From Tubiluchus corallicola (lineage: Eukaryota; Animalia; Priapulida), in assembly GCA_030141605.1 (NCBI GenBank), contig JAQGDQ010001070.1, positions 1 to 64,000 of the forward strand: a stretch of 64,000 nt of DNA. Direction: 5' to 3'. The translations under genes were made by a program, and so were the position numbers. This document shows positions 18,501 through 30,231 of the stretch, one piece after another. The notes beneath the pieces are model-generated. The model had not been told where the DNA came from, ran no database searches, and was given only the letters and a program-made list of their open reading frames with translations. How positions within the stretch are numbered: the stretch's first letter is position 1; each line of letters starts with the position of its first letter.

Positions 18501-21500
18501 CGTAGATGGCTTCGTACTTTTTTGGGTGTGTTGAAGTTTTTTTTTTTTTGGTTAACCTGTACAAGTGATTTCATTTTACAGAGGATGTACATCTGGCTTT
18601 AGTACTGACTGGCTGTACGTTCTTTATCGTCACACTCTTGGTTTATGGAGCACTAAAGGTAGGCAGTATTATTCTTTGTGAAGAGCTGGATGGTTGATTT
18701 TGTTTCTAGTACTTACAGCACAAGAAAACACCCTTCATAAATGAAGCTTAAAAAATTCACCTGGAAATTTTATAGCATTTGCATGCTGTCTTATTGTATA
18801 CAGAGCTTGCAGTAGCAGTAATGCTGTATTAAACTTGTAAATTTAAACCCTGTGATGACAGCAGCCATTTTTTAGATTTAGATTTTAGATTTATTTAGAT
18901 TTATTTGAATTTGTTTATTCATCCATTTAAGACATACAAAAATAAAAGTTATAAAATTACTAATTAACAATGCATTACAGTGCTATGAGCGCAGCAGAAG
19001 AAATTAACTTATGAGCTTCGCTCAACATGGATAAGAGTAAATTAATGACATAAACAACAACTGAAAACATACGTTAAATAAAGCGAAGCAAACAGATGCG
19101 AGAAAACGATAATGACCATGTTGATGATAATGATGACAACGATGGTGATATTAATACTGACGACAATGGTGAGCGTGATGACAATGATAATGAATTCATG
19201 CTAATAGTGATAATGTGCCAGGTTCGATGATGTAAACCAAGTTAGCCATTTTTGCAGTGTTACGAAAAATTTGTTAAAATGTTGACGGTGCATCGTTTGA
19301 TTTAACCTTAATTTAACAGTAAGTCATTTGAAACAAGTTTAGATAACATTGTGAAAAGTTTCAAAAATTAATCACAACATTTGCACCACACACTTCACCA
19401 GCTAAACATATAAGTATAAATTATTCCATCTTGTCAGTAAAATGAATGGCGTGTTTTTATGGTGAATCAGTGGTGCACAATGGGATGTTGATGCAGTGGT
19501 GCACACTGGGATGGTGAGTCAGTGGTGCACACTGGGATGGTGAATCAGTGGTGCACACTGGGATGTTGATGCAGTGGTGCACACTGGGATGTTGATGCAG
19601 TGGTGCACACTGGGATGTTGATGCAGTGGTGCACACTGGGATGTTGATGCAGTGCTGCACACTGGGATGGTGAATCAGTGGTGCACACTGGGATGGTGAT
19701 GCAGTGGTGCACACTGGGATGTTGATGCAGTGGTGCACACTGGGATGGTGAGTCAGTGGTGCACACTGGGATGGTGAATCAGTGGTGCACACTGGGATGC
19801 TGATGCAGTGGTGCACACTGGGATGTTGATGCAGTGGTGCACACTGGGATGTTGATGCAGTGGTGCACACTGGGATGGTGAATCAGTGGTGCGCACTGGG
19901 ATGTTGATGCAGTGGTGCACACTGGGATGTTGATGCAGTGGTGCACACTGGGATGGTGATGCACACTAGGATGGTGATGGAGTGATGCACACTAGGATGG
20001 TGATGCAGTGGTGCACACTGGGATGGTGAATCAGTGGTGCACACTGGGATGGTGAATCAGTGGTGCACACTAGGATGGTGATGCAGTGGTGCACACTGGA
20101 ATGGTGAAACAGTGACGTTTTACCAGTTGCTGCAAACATTTTAAATTATTAAGAATTTTTAATTTTCTTTACTAGTTACATAAGTCTTTCAAACTCATAA
20201 GCTTAATACTGAGTAATATAACTTTGAATGGAAAGTTTTTTTGGGGACACGCCTTAAAATTGCCTTTTCTTCCCCTCTAAGTAGACCGTCATTGAATACC
20301 GTGCGATGTGACAAACTGCGTAAGAAGAAAAAAAGAAAAACGAATGTGACTTAGAACAGGGTCATATGACATTAATTAATTAATTAGCTAAATTAGTTTT
20401 GTAGTCTGGAAACATTGCCTAAGCAGTGAATGATAATACACCAGATTTCTTAACTTGTATCGTTTTGATAATGTTTGCTAATTTGGTATCTTTTTAGGGT
20501 CACCCTGGTTACCTGATGCCGTTTTTCTGTCTGCAAGTGTTTGATTTCTGTGTTACAATTCTCAGCATCGTTTGCTCGGCCAGCTACCTACCTTACATTA
20601 AGAAGCAGCTTTTAGACTGCGTACGTATTTAGATAGTATACATCTGTGTTATCACTTCTATAAACATGTGTGTATGTGTGGTAAAAAGCAATACATGTGT
20701 GATATCACTTCTATAAACGTGTGTGTGTGTGTGTGTGTGGTAAAAAGCAATATATCTGTGTTATCACTTCTATAAACATGTGTGTGTGTATGTGGGCAAA
20801 AAGCACGCAACAATATTTATGCACAGTTAGGGTTGTAGTGATGTTGAATTGGTGACCAGCACAACTAACGTTTAAATGTATCTAATTTTAATGGGTATTC
20901 TTAGCATTAGAAACTATGGATTTGTCAGACGCAAAATTGTCCAGTTTTTAAGTGTTTGTATTTTTTGGAAATGTTCTGTGCACAGAAACTTCATCCCATT
21001 TCGTAGATCTTTCCAAGCCATACAACGCCCTCTATAGTTTTGTTTATATAATGATAATTTCCAGCTCTGTACAGTAATCTAAATTAGATCCAAAAATTCA
21101 AAATTACAAAAAACTGCACTTAAACGAAATATACAGCACCCAAGTTTGAAGATTTCCCTCACTTCTCTGCTGCTTTGAAACAACTAATACAAAAGCTAGA
21201 TCGGAAGTGGTGCTGACAAGTCACTGGCGTAACAGTGTCTAGTGTTTTTGCTGGATTACTGCTGCGTTTTCCTGTCTGAAGGCAGATTTCTTTTATTTTA
21301 GAATTCTGCCTGTCCAATGTCTACAATAGACGTGACGGGCGTATGATGATGATGATGACGATGATGATAATTCAAAGCTCATTTGTAAAGCAATAGAAAA
21401 TTGCAGCATGTATTATGCACAATTTGGTAGCCAATATACTTTCGTATTGTAAATTAAAAAATAACCTTTTTTGGATAGAAAAGCAATCCACTCTACACAC

Positions 21501-21945
21501 TGTACTCATATTCTTGCAGCACATGGAATTCTTTAGCTTTTCTTGTTTGTTTGGTGATTAAACAAAAAACCTGTCACATTATTTTAAAAGTTACCTAATT
21601 CTTTAGCTTTTCTTGTTTGTTTGGTGATTAAACAAAAAACCTGTCACACGATTTTAAAACTTACCTAATTCTTTAGGCTTTCTTGTTTGTTTGGTGATTA
21701 AACAAAAAACCTGTCACATGATTTTAAAACTTACCTAAGTCACCTGTAATGATATACAGTGTGTACAAGCTTTACTAGAAGCACGTCTGCATTTGTTTAC
21801 GTAGGATGTCTTGTACCTTCCTAATAGCTTTGTATCTCATATCATTTAAAACAAAGTGGTAAGGGGACGGCATGTACTATCCAGCAACTTTCAACTGTTG
21901 AAAATAATTTTATGTACACCATATAAACAGTAGGCTATATTATTA

Positions 21946-21991
<46 letters not shown>

Positions 21992-23963
21992 GCCACCCAT
22001 TTTGGATCGCACTTCAAGATTTCAAATCGGAACCGATTTGCGAATGAATTTTCGAATTGTTACTAGAATTCTTATGTGCGAACAACGTGCATATCACTCG
22101 GTTTTGTTCTGCAGTAAAAGCACTAATAATATGTTTAAAAATTGTGCACTAAAATTGCATTTAATTGCATGATGTTTTAAATGTTTTCGTGATAACGAAC
22201 ATATGCAGTTGAAGTGCTGAATTATTCGAATCTGCAATCATAGGTTTGAATGTAATTTGAATTAGGAAAAAACTAGTTTGAATTGAGTCAAACGTTCAAT
22301 GTTCACTACTAGTATAGAAAGTGAAGTTTCTTAATGACCACCAAGTTAATTGGATGCGATAATGAAACTTGTAATTGCAGTATTTACAGTCGCACGTGTT
22401 GCTAAATCTTTAGTTCCTAAAGCACGTACGTTTTACAGCCTGATTTTCCGTTTCGCGACCAACTGACTGAACTGGACGATCAATATTTCCTAATATTGGT
22501 AGTAATCTGCTGTGCGCTGATCATTACCATCAAGGCTTACCTGATCGGCATGGTGTGGTCCTGCTATCGCTACCTGGTACAGCGGAAGATGCTGCTGAAA
22601 CAGAATGATGGAGTTATCCACTACGCTGATACTGATGAGGAGGTTGGTTGCGATTTTTACATGCTTTTGTTAGCCGTAGTAGTAATGCAATAGAAACCGA
22701 CTTTTTACATTTACATGGGTAGCAAAAATCAGACTGTGTTTCTCTTTTCCTGGCATCCGGGTACCGGATTGGATTATTCATGGATTACCTGCCATCTCCC
22801 TACTGGCTGTTAGCTTGGCACACTGCCAACTCAGCAATTACTAAGGTGCTTACAGCAGAACGTAGGATTTGAATTTAAATTTTCTAACAATGGATGTGGC
22901 ATTACAAATACTGCCTTTTTCAATGCTAAAACTGTGTAGAAATACTAGACTCGGCTAATAAACAATGTGAGTAATTAGTTGGGTACCAGATACAACACCA
23001 CATGTCTACTTTAGATATACGTTGAAAGATTTCAATATTTATGCTAGTGTTGATTTCAGTATGAAAAAGACGGCAATTTAATTTTACCACCCGACTTTTC
23101 TTAAAACGTGGTAGCCATTGTCATTTTCTTCTTCCTAGACTCGTCTTTGCGATCTGCTTTGCTGGATTACGAATATTCAGTATGTAGCAGGGTGAATTTT
23201 GTTATCTGAATAAATAGCAATACTTTGAATGTTTCACTGAATGGCGATAACCTTCCAGGATATGATAGCTGTACGCGTGCTTTGTTTGTGCGCGTAGTGG
23301 GTCAAATTTGCCACGCCCTCTATTGCAAGCGCCTGCTTTGTGTACTTGTATCAATCAGCTGGGCTAAAGGGTGAGCACCCGGCCAATTAAAGGCCCACAG
23401 TTACTTTGATGGAAAAATTTAGCTAATGTTTACCAAGAAAAAAGTATGTTTGCTGACAAAATAAACATAAAAAATAATTGTTTTTAGGCAATGCAGTGAA
23501 TTATTTCATTTTGGTAATTTTTAAATAGGTATCTTTGCTCGAAAGGGGAGTAGAAACCATTTGTGTAGAGGGGTGGGCAGTATTGTATTGCTTCAGCATA
23601 TTTTTTCTCTTGGTTTGGAAAAGGGGAGTAGAAACCATTTGTGTAGGGGGTGGGCAGTATTGTATTACTTCAGCATATTTCTTCTCTTGGTTTGGAAAAG
23701 GGGAGTAGAAACCATTTGTGTAGGGGGTGGGCAGTATTGTATTACTTCAGCATATTTTTTCTCTTGGTTTGGAAAAGGGGAGTAGAAACCATTTGTGTAG
23801 AGGGGGTGGGCAGTATTGTTTCTCTTGGTTTGCCTTTTGTTGTTATGATAATTATAAAAGAAATACTTGTACTTTGTTTCAGGTACTTTTACCACCAAAT
23901 TACGAAGAGGTCGTTGAAATGAAGAAGGGAGAGACTCCACCTCCAGCTTATACTGCATACTAA
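15567..23963 (+). CDS. LAPTM4: Lysosomal-associated transmembrane protein 4 family, ~270 aa, 6 exons
   Basis: Exons 15567-15659, 17274-17508, 18582-18658, 20498-20620, 22439-22642, 23883-23963 are phase-consistent. CCCCHVRTGTILLGVW, LMPFFCLQVFDF, KAYLIGMVWSCYRYL and C-terminal PY motifs (LPPNY, PPPAY). An in-frame upstream ATG lies at 15543. Confidence 0.95.
16362..17115. mobile_element. pogo/Tigger-type MITE in LAPTM4 intron 1
   Basis: CAGTAGTCGCCGCTTAATAGAC ... GTCTATTAAGTGGCGACTACTG terminal inverted repeats. Confidence 0.8.
17678..18091. mobile_element. Non-autonomous DNA element with CAGGGTTCCCA-type ends
   Basis: TTTAAA|CAGGGTTCCCA...TGGGAATTCTG|TTTAAA; a related element lies near 26720-26950. 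Confidence 0.55.
19459..20113. repeat. 24-bp minisatellite, ~27 copies
   Basis: CAGTGGTGCACACTGGGATG(G/T)TGA(AT/TG) units. Confidence 0.97.
20636..20803. repeat. ~58-bp tandem repeat x3 with (TG)n
   Basis: TATCACTTCTATAAAC(A/G)TGTGTG...AAAAAGCA units directly after LAPTM4 exon 4. Confidence 0.85.
21527..21738. repeat. ~69-bp tandem repeat x3
   Basis: AATTCTTTAGCTTTTCTTGTTTGTTTGGTGATTAAAC units. Confidence 0.9.
23543..23832. repeat. ~76-bp tandem repeat x~4
   Basis: AAAGGGGAGTAGAAACCATTTGTGTAG units just before the last LAPTM4 exon. Confidence 0.9.
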
Positions 23964-25271
23964 ATTTTCATTTCCCAGTTTACATGGCTTCGTCGAGAGA
24001 TTTGGCTTCACTTTATACAAAATTTTCTACATTTACTAATTAACATGTAAATGTTTAATGTTTACTTATTTAGTGTGGATTAATTCATTTTTATTAAACT
24101 GGCTAATTTCTCTGCACGATTAAGCGAATTGTTGTTATTCAAGCGTTTGTGATTTCGTATAATAATACATTATTTACTGTAATTTTCATTGTTATATAAT
24201 TGTTGATACTAATTGTCGTCTACTCTTAGAAATGGTATGTAAAAATTAGTTTTTGTTTTTGGACGATTAGCTTTCTTTTAAATACAACTGTGTAATGTGA
24301 TAAAAGAAAATCATAAAGTAATTCATCTTCTGTGTCGTCTAAAGTGGTTATTAAGGTAGACTAACATATGAGTTACTGTTTTGTAACAGAATGTCGACTA
24401 TTTGCTGCTAATTCCGTTTTCTAAACCAACAGTTGCTACGCCCATTGTTAAAAGTTTGCTTATCCTTGTTTAGTTGTACTAAGCAAATCAGGGAAGCTGG
24501 AAAAGACTGCTCTTTTGTTAAATCATGGGTTGTACAATACACATTAGATTGATACAGCCATATTGAAAATTGTATCGGTAACTGACTGAAACTGATTGTA
24601 ATATGTCTACACAATAATATTTGACTATTCTAGTTAGCAGTATAATTCAGTTGCTTGAAATACAATTCTAAGTTTATCATTCTGGCATGAAACTACACAC
24701 AGTTTACATACGTTACGCAGTTTTTGTTTAGGTACGCAATATGGCAATTAAATTTTTTTATTAAATCTTATCAACATGATATTAAAAAGTTATAAAAATT
24801 TCAGTTTTTGGACAATATCCTATGTATAATCTTACATTTATATTTAAAATAGAAAATACATTTTTGTCTGTCACACAAAAAAGTCATAAAAAATTATCCT
24901 AATTGAATCTGTAAGTTAAGCAAGTAAACTTTGTGATACTTTATGATCCATCTCTTATACTCTAGTAAGTTTTGCACTATAGTTAATAACCCATCGATAT
25001 CTTTTTCGAATAAATGGGAAAATTTGAGTTTTTCACATCTGACTTATAATAGCAGCAGTTGGCTTCCTAATTTTCAAGTACACACACTGTGCGAATCATT
25101 GATATTTGAATGTCTTGGAAAAGATTATTATGGTACAATAAATTTCTGACACCATAAAATGTTATAATCTGCGTATAATTTTTTGTATAAGCTGGTTTTG
25201 TTGTCATTATATGAGCTGCACTTACAGAAATTTCTTCTGTATATTTGGTAAAAATGACATCATGCTGGCTA

Positions 25272-26645
25272 GCTTGACAGTCACCCACTTGACACGAGGA
25301 CATGGGGTATGATGGCTTGACAGTCACCCGTTTGCCACGAGGACATGGGGGCATGATGGCTTGACAGTCACCCGTTTGACACGAGGACATGGGGTATGAT
25401 GGCTTGACAGTCACCCGTTTGACCCGAGGACATGGGTATGATGGCTTGACAGTCACCCACTTGACACGAGGACATGGGTATGATGGTTTGACAGTCACCC
25501 GTTTGACACGAGGACATGGGGTATGATGGCTTGACAGTCACCCGTTTGACACGAGGACATGGGGTATGATGGCTTGACAGTCACCCGTTTGACCCGAGGA
25601 CATGGGTATGATGGCTTGACAGTCACCCACTTGACACGAGGACATGGGTATGATGGTTTGACAGTCACCCGTTTGACACGAGGACATGGGGTATGATGGC
25701 TTGACAGTCACCCACTTGACACGAGGACATGGGGTATGATGGTTTGACAGTCACCCGTTTGACACGAGGACATGGGGTATGATGGCTTGACAGTCACCCG
25801 TTTGACACGAGGACGTGGGGTATGATGGCTTGACAGTCACCCGTTTGACACGAGGACATGGGGTATGATGGCTTGACAGTCACCCGTTTGACACGAGGAC
25901 ATGGGGTATGATGGCTTGACAGTCACCCGTTTGACACGAGGACATGGGGTATGATGGCTTGACAGTCACCCACTTGACACGAGGACATGGGGTATGATGG
26001 CTTGACAGTCACCCACTTGACACGAGGACATGGGTATGATGGTTTGACAGTCACCCGTTTGACCCGAGGACATGGGGTATGATGGCTTGACAGTCACCCG
26101 TTTGACACGAGGACATGGGGTATGATGGCTTGACAGTCACCCGTTTGACACGAGGACATGGGGTATGATGGCTTGACAGTCACCCGTTTGACACGAGGAC
26201 ATGGGGTATGATGGCTTGACAGTCACCCGTTTGACACGAGGACATGGGGTATGATGGCTTGACAGTCACCCGTTTGACACGAGGACATGGGGTATGATGG
26301 CTTGACAGTCACCCGTTTGACACGAGGACATGGGGTATGATGGCTTGACAGTCACCCGTTTGACACGAGGACATGGGGTATGATGGCTTGACAGTCACCC
26401 GTTTGACACGAGGACATGGGGTATGATGGCTTGACAGTCACCCGTTTGACACGAGGACACGGGGTATGATGGCTTGACAGTCACCCGTTTGACACGAGGA
26501 CATGGGGTATGATGGCTTGACAGTCACCCGTTTGACACGAGGACATGGGGTATGATGGCTTGACAGTCACCCGTTTGACACGAGGACATGGGGTATGATG
26601 GCTTGACAGTCACCCGTTTGACACGAGGACATGGGGTATGATGGT
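25272..26645. repeat. 43-bp minisatellite, ~32 copies, highly homogeneous
   Basis: GGCTTGACAGTCACCCGTTTGACACGAGGACATGGGGTATGAT units between convergent LAPTM4 and DDHD1. Confidence 0.98.
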
Positions 26646-28146
26646 TCCGCAAAGCCAGCTTTTCGTATTCGGAGCTATAGAGTAAGAACCTCCCCTCAGG
26701 GATGACATAATAGTGGTTCTCTGGGTTCCCACGGAATTTTAAAATGAATTTCCCTGACCTTTCCCTTCCCATAACCAAGAGAAGCAGAAATTGCATTACT
26801 GGTATTCATACACTGTTGTGAACGAATCGCTGAAAAAAAAGATTATTTTTGCAACTCTTTCCAATTTCCCTAACTTTTTGCCATATTTTCCGGACTTTAC
26901 GATGACTTTCCAGGATAGCCTGTATTTTCACTGACCGTAGGAACCCTTCTATTCAGGGGTATGTCAAGACATTACTGTGACACCATAGGCTGATACAATC
27001 TCTATTATGGATTTTATATACGAAGGAAAATTACAAAATTACCTTAGGTATATAAGTAGCATTATTAATGTTAATTACATGCATTGACACAGTACTTATA
27101 TAGAGGAAGGCAGTGCAACTGCTTGTGGTGTAGTACCTTTTCCGTAATAACTGTACTTGTTTATTAAGTAACTGCTTGAAGCGTGTTATAAAATATGCCT
27201 TTTCCGAAAAGAATAAAAAAATTTAAAGCAAATATCTGGCATCTTGGGCTACAGCCTACTTAGTCTATTGGTAAATACGCTTGTTTCAATTGTACAATTT
27301 CGAAGACAGGAATTTGACATGGATTGAGAGAATGGCAGTTGACATTAAGTTTAACTATTACTGAAAGATTATTAGATACTTTGTGCATCTAAAAATTAGT
27401 GATACACATGCACAGAACTGCACACACGTATGCATATTGGTTGAAATTGGGAAAGCAGGGAGCGACTGCAGTTCTGCTGAACGTATCAACAAGCCTCCAA
27501 TATGGGTAGGTGATTGTTAATTAAGAAGTGATCAATTTCAAACAAAAATAACTAACCAAGTGCAACACGAGTTTAAAATTTATTATAAGCATAACGTTTA
27601 AATAAAAAAATATATCACAGTCTTTTGGACATGAACCCAAGTAAAAAATGATATGCAATGTACAATGGATCAGTTTGTGATATGATCATTGCCTCGTGAC
27701 GAGAAACAGTCATTACAAAGAAGGCTAACAAAATAAGGAACATGTAATTTACTATCACAGTAAAAGACACACAAAAGGCACTAATGTTGCAAAAAAAAGA
27801 TGAAAATAAACTTGGCAATGTTTAAATAAGTTAAATAATACTGCCATTTAAAAAAAAACTATGGACGTACAGCGTACTTAATCACATAAGTCGTCGGTAC
27901 TCTAAACATACATTTTCTTTTAATGGTAGATATCAAAGAAACCGAACAGAAGAAAAATAAAAAAGACAGTTTGCAGAAGTTCGTTTTAGACCGTGAGCAC
28001 CTAATAGCCGAATTGTCTAAGCAATCAGAGCCGATCTGTCAATCCACGTTTGTAATAGAGTCATCGATAGATATTAATCAGACATTTGTCAACGATTTAC
28101 CCTGTGTTTTTACAAAAATGAACCATTTTCTTGTAACTGCAAATAA

Positions 28147-30231
28147 CTAGGTGGATTGACCGGAGGCTTTGGCCTCGTCGGTTTTATTTTGATGAAAAAT
28201 GTGTGTGAGAACGAAAAGCGCGACATCGTGCGAAAACCAGTAAGACGTATGCGAGGTCACTGCAGACAAATACTGGCTTCCGATCGTTCCCTCGCGAAGA
28301 ACGTAATCAATTCTATCCTCTAATTCATTCGATTCTATAAAATCGTCGGGAAGCTTGACTTCGGGCTCCGGTGAAGAAGGTTTGATGTTCTCCAGGTCAC
28401 TCATCTCCTGGTTTACGTTTCCCGGATTTCGAGCGGTCCACCGCGACCAAAGACTCGTCAAATGTGATGTATACGAAGCCGCTTGTGAACCTGGAGAAGC
28501 GGCCGCACAATTGGAGTTGCTGTCGGATGGAGTGAGCGGCAAAGCAACATACATCATTTCTTTATCTGATAAATTCTTAGCGGTAATAAGCTCTGTCTTT
28601 ATATCATCGTAGGTTTGTAGCTTACGTACGTCGGCCCGATGTACCGACACCGGCGCTATTGTTTCATAATGTTTCAAAATTAATGGCTCAATTCTATAAG
28701 CTACAGGATCTGAGCGATGAAACACGTTAAACAGGCGACTGCACCTGTTTTTGGGAAGTAAATGTTCGATAGAACCAATATCCTTTGACTTTAACCCCCT
28801 TAGCGCCAGGAAGACGGACAGTGGAGAGCCAATCGTAAACAAGTTCTCAACCTTGAATTTAAGACCTGGCTGTCCATTCGAGCTGATGAGTTGAGTTTCC
28901 AGGTCTCTTGCACGTTTCCGAAGTTCGACTAACTCCGAATAAGCAGCTGCGCTGTGGTTAGAGTTCAACTCACTGATGCACTTGTCCAGAGTGTCGTTCA
29001 CGTATTGACCGTACAGCGTCATCGGGTTCCATCCGGTAATGATGTCGTACGTAATGACTGATCCGAGAGAGTGAGCAACGATCGACACTTTACCGCTAGT
29101 CTGAAAGTACGGATGTCGCTCGCAGAACATGTCGTACAAGCGATGAAGCTTATCTTGTACGCCGTGAACTATTTCGGTTCGAAATTTCGGACTAGAGTAG
29201 TACATGATGTCCATGGCCGTACTGTTCAACAAATCCCTCAGAGTTCGAAGCCCGCGCGGCGTAATCGACTCCACGGTCCCGTCGTCCAGCTTTAGGGAAG
29301 ACCTCCACTCCACGGGCAGAAATTCGGCAGTTTTGTCATCGAGTAGAACGCCGGGAAAGTGAAGCTTCATTTGTTTATGGGCAATTTTGCGAAACGACGA
29401 ACAATTTCTAATAATTTTAGTCTGATCCATCTTTTGCCCTATGCCATGTACAACAAACACGATATGCGTTATAACCGGAGATTTGTCATCGGGCCGAGCC
29501 TCTTCACAATAACCCCGGTGCAACCGTATGCCCGATTTAGGAATGCCCACTGCCTTGCCGACGGTGCGAATCAACTTGAACGACGTCGATTCGCTAAACA
29601 TGAAAATTTCGAAAGGGCTGTTCCAGTCTACGTGAAAATCTTTAAATTTACGGTTAAAAATAATAGATTTTCTTCCTTTCGTTGGAGTTGTCTGCTCAAA
29701 CTTCAACTCTTGGTTCTGAAACATAGACAAGTGATCACTTTCTATAACGGTGGCGTACTCTTCTTCAACTGGCTGCCACGTGCTGTCATAGAACCACGTT
29801 CCTCTTGTTATTTCGCCCGGTTCAGCTTGCCAATAAATGGGACTATATTCTTTAGATACCACGTTAACCTCATATAAGTCACCGAGTACACTAATTCGCT
29901 CTACATTTTTGCTGTTGATTACACCGCATCCGGAATTAACCTCCTTGTACATGCATTCAATGCGCAGCGAATCAAATCCAATAAACGGAGCCCAGCGCTT
30001 TTTGCTCGAGTCTCGGTAAAACCAGCGCACTTCCGAAGCTTTGAGCTCTTCTATAACTTCACGTTCCTGTGACCATGATCGGCTCTTATTGGCAGGAAAA
30101 TCCAGGATTTCACAGTTGGCTATGGAGTTCTCACTGTCTGATCTAGTCATATCAGAACTTCCAGGTACGCCTAGCAGACGGGCAGCAAATTCCTCATCTC
30201 TTTTTGCTAAAGCATGCGGATCTTCATCCAT
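28147..30231 (-). CDS. DDHD1: Phosphatidic acid-preferring phospholipase A1 DDHD1-like, 694 aa, single coding exon
   Basis: VFVVHGIG, EFLPVEWRS, LNSTAMDIMYY, lipase motif AHSLG, GSPLSVFL, DPVAYRIEPLILKHY, SHTSYW. The ORF-track extension to 30336 is intronic (polypyrimidine + CAG acceptor, exon starts 30243); ATG at 30231. Confidence 0.93.
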   Translation of the reverse strand: MDEDPHALAKRDEEFAARLLGVPGSSDMTRSDSENSIANCEILDFPANKSRSWSQEREVIEELKASEVRWFYRDSSKKRWAPFIGFDSLRIECMYKEVNSGCGVINSKNVERISVLGDLYEVNVVSKEYSPIYWQAEPGEITRGTWFYDSTWQPVEEEYATVIESDHLSMFQNQELKFEQTTPTKGRKSIIFNRKFKDFHVDWNSPFEIFMFSESTSFKLIRTVGKAVGIPKSGIRLHRGYCEEARPDDKSPVITHIVFVVHGIGQKMDQTKIIRNCSSFRKIAHKQMKLHFPGVLLDDKTAEFLPVEWRSSLKLDDGTVESITPRGLRTLRDLLNSTAMDIMYYSSPKFRTEIVHGVQDKLHRLYDMFCERHPYFQTSGKVSIVAHSLGSVITYDIITGWNPMTLYGQYVNDTLDKCISELNSNHSAAAYSELVELRKRARDLETQLISSNGQPGLKFKVENLFTIGSPLSVFLALRGLKSKDIGSIEHLLPKNRCSRLFNVFHRSDPVAYRIEPLILKHYETIAPVSVHRADVRKLQTYDDIKTELITAKNLSDKEMMYVALPLTPSDSNSNCAAASPGSQAASYTSHLTSLWSRWTARNPGNVNQEMSDLENIKPSSPEPEVKLPDDFIESNELEDRIDYVLREGTIGSQYLSAVTSHTSYWFSHDVALFVLTHIFHQNKTDEAKASGQST

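Noticed and set aside
25272-26645. CRISPR-like appearance of regular repeats (also 36583-37958, 19459-20113, 990-1681)
   Set aside because: Units are contiguous with no unique spacers, there are no cas genes, and the context is eukaryotic.
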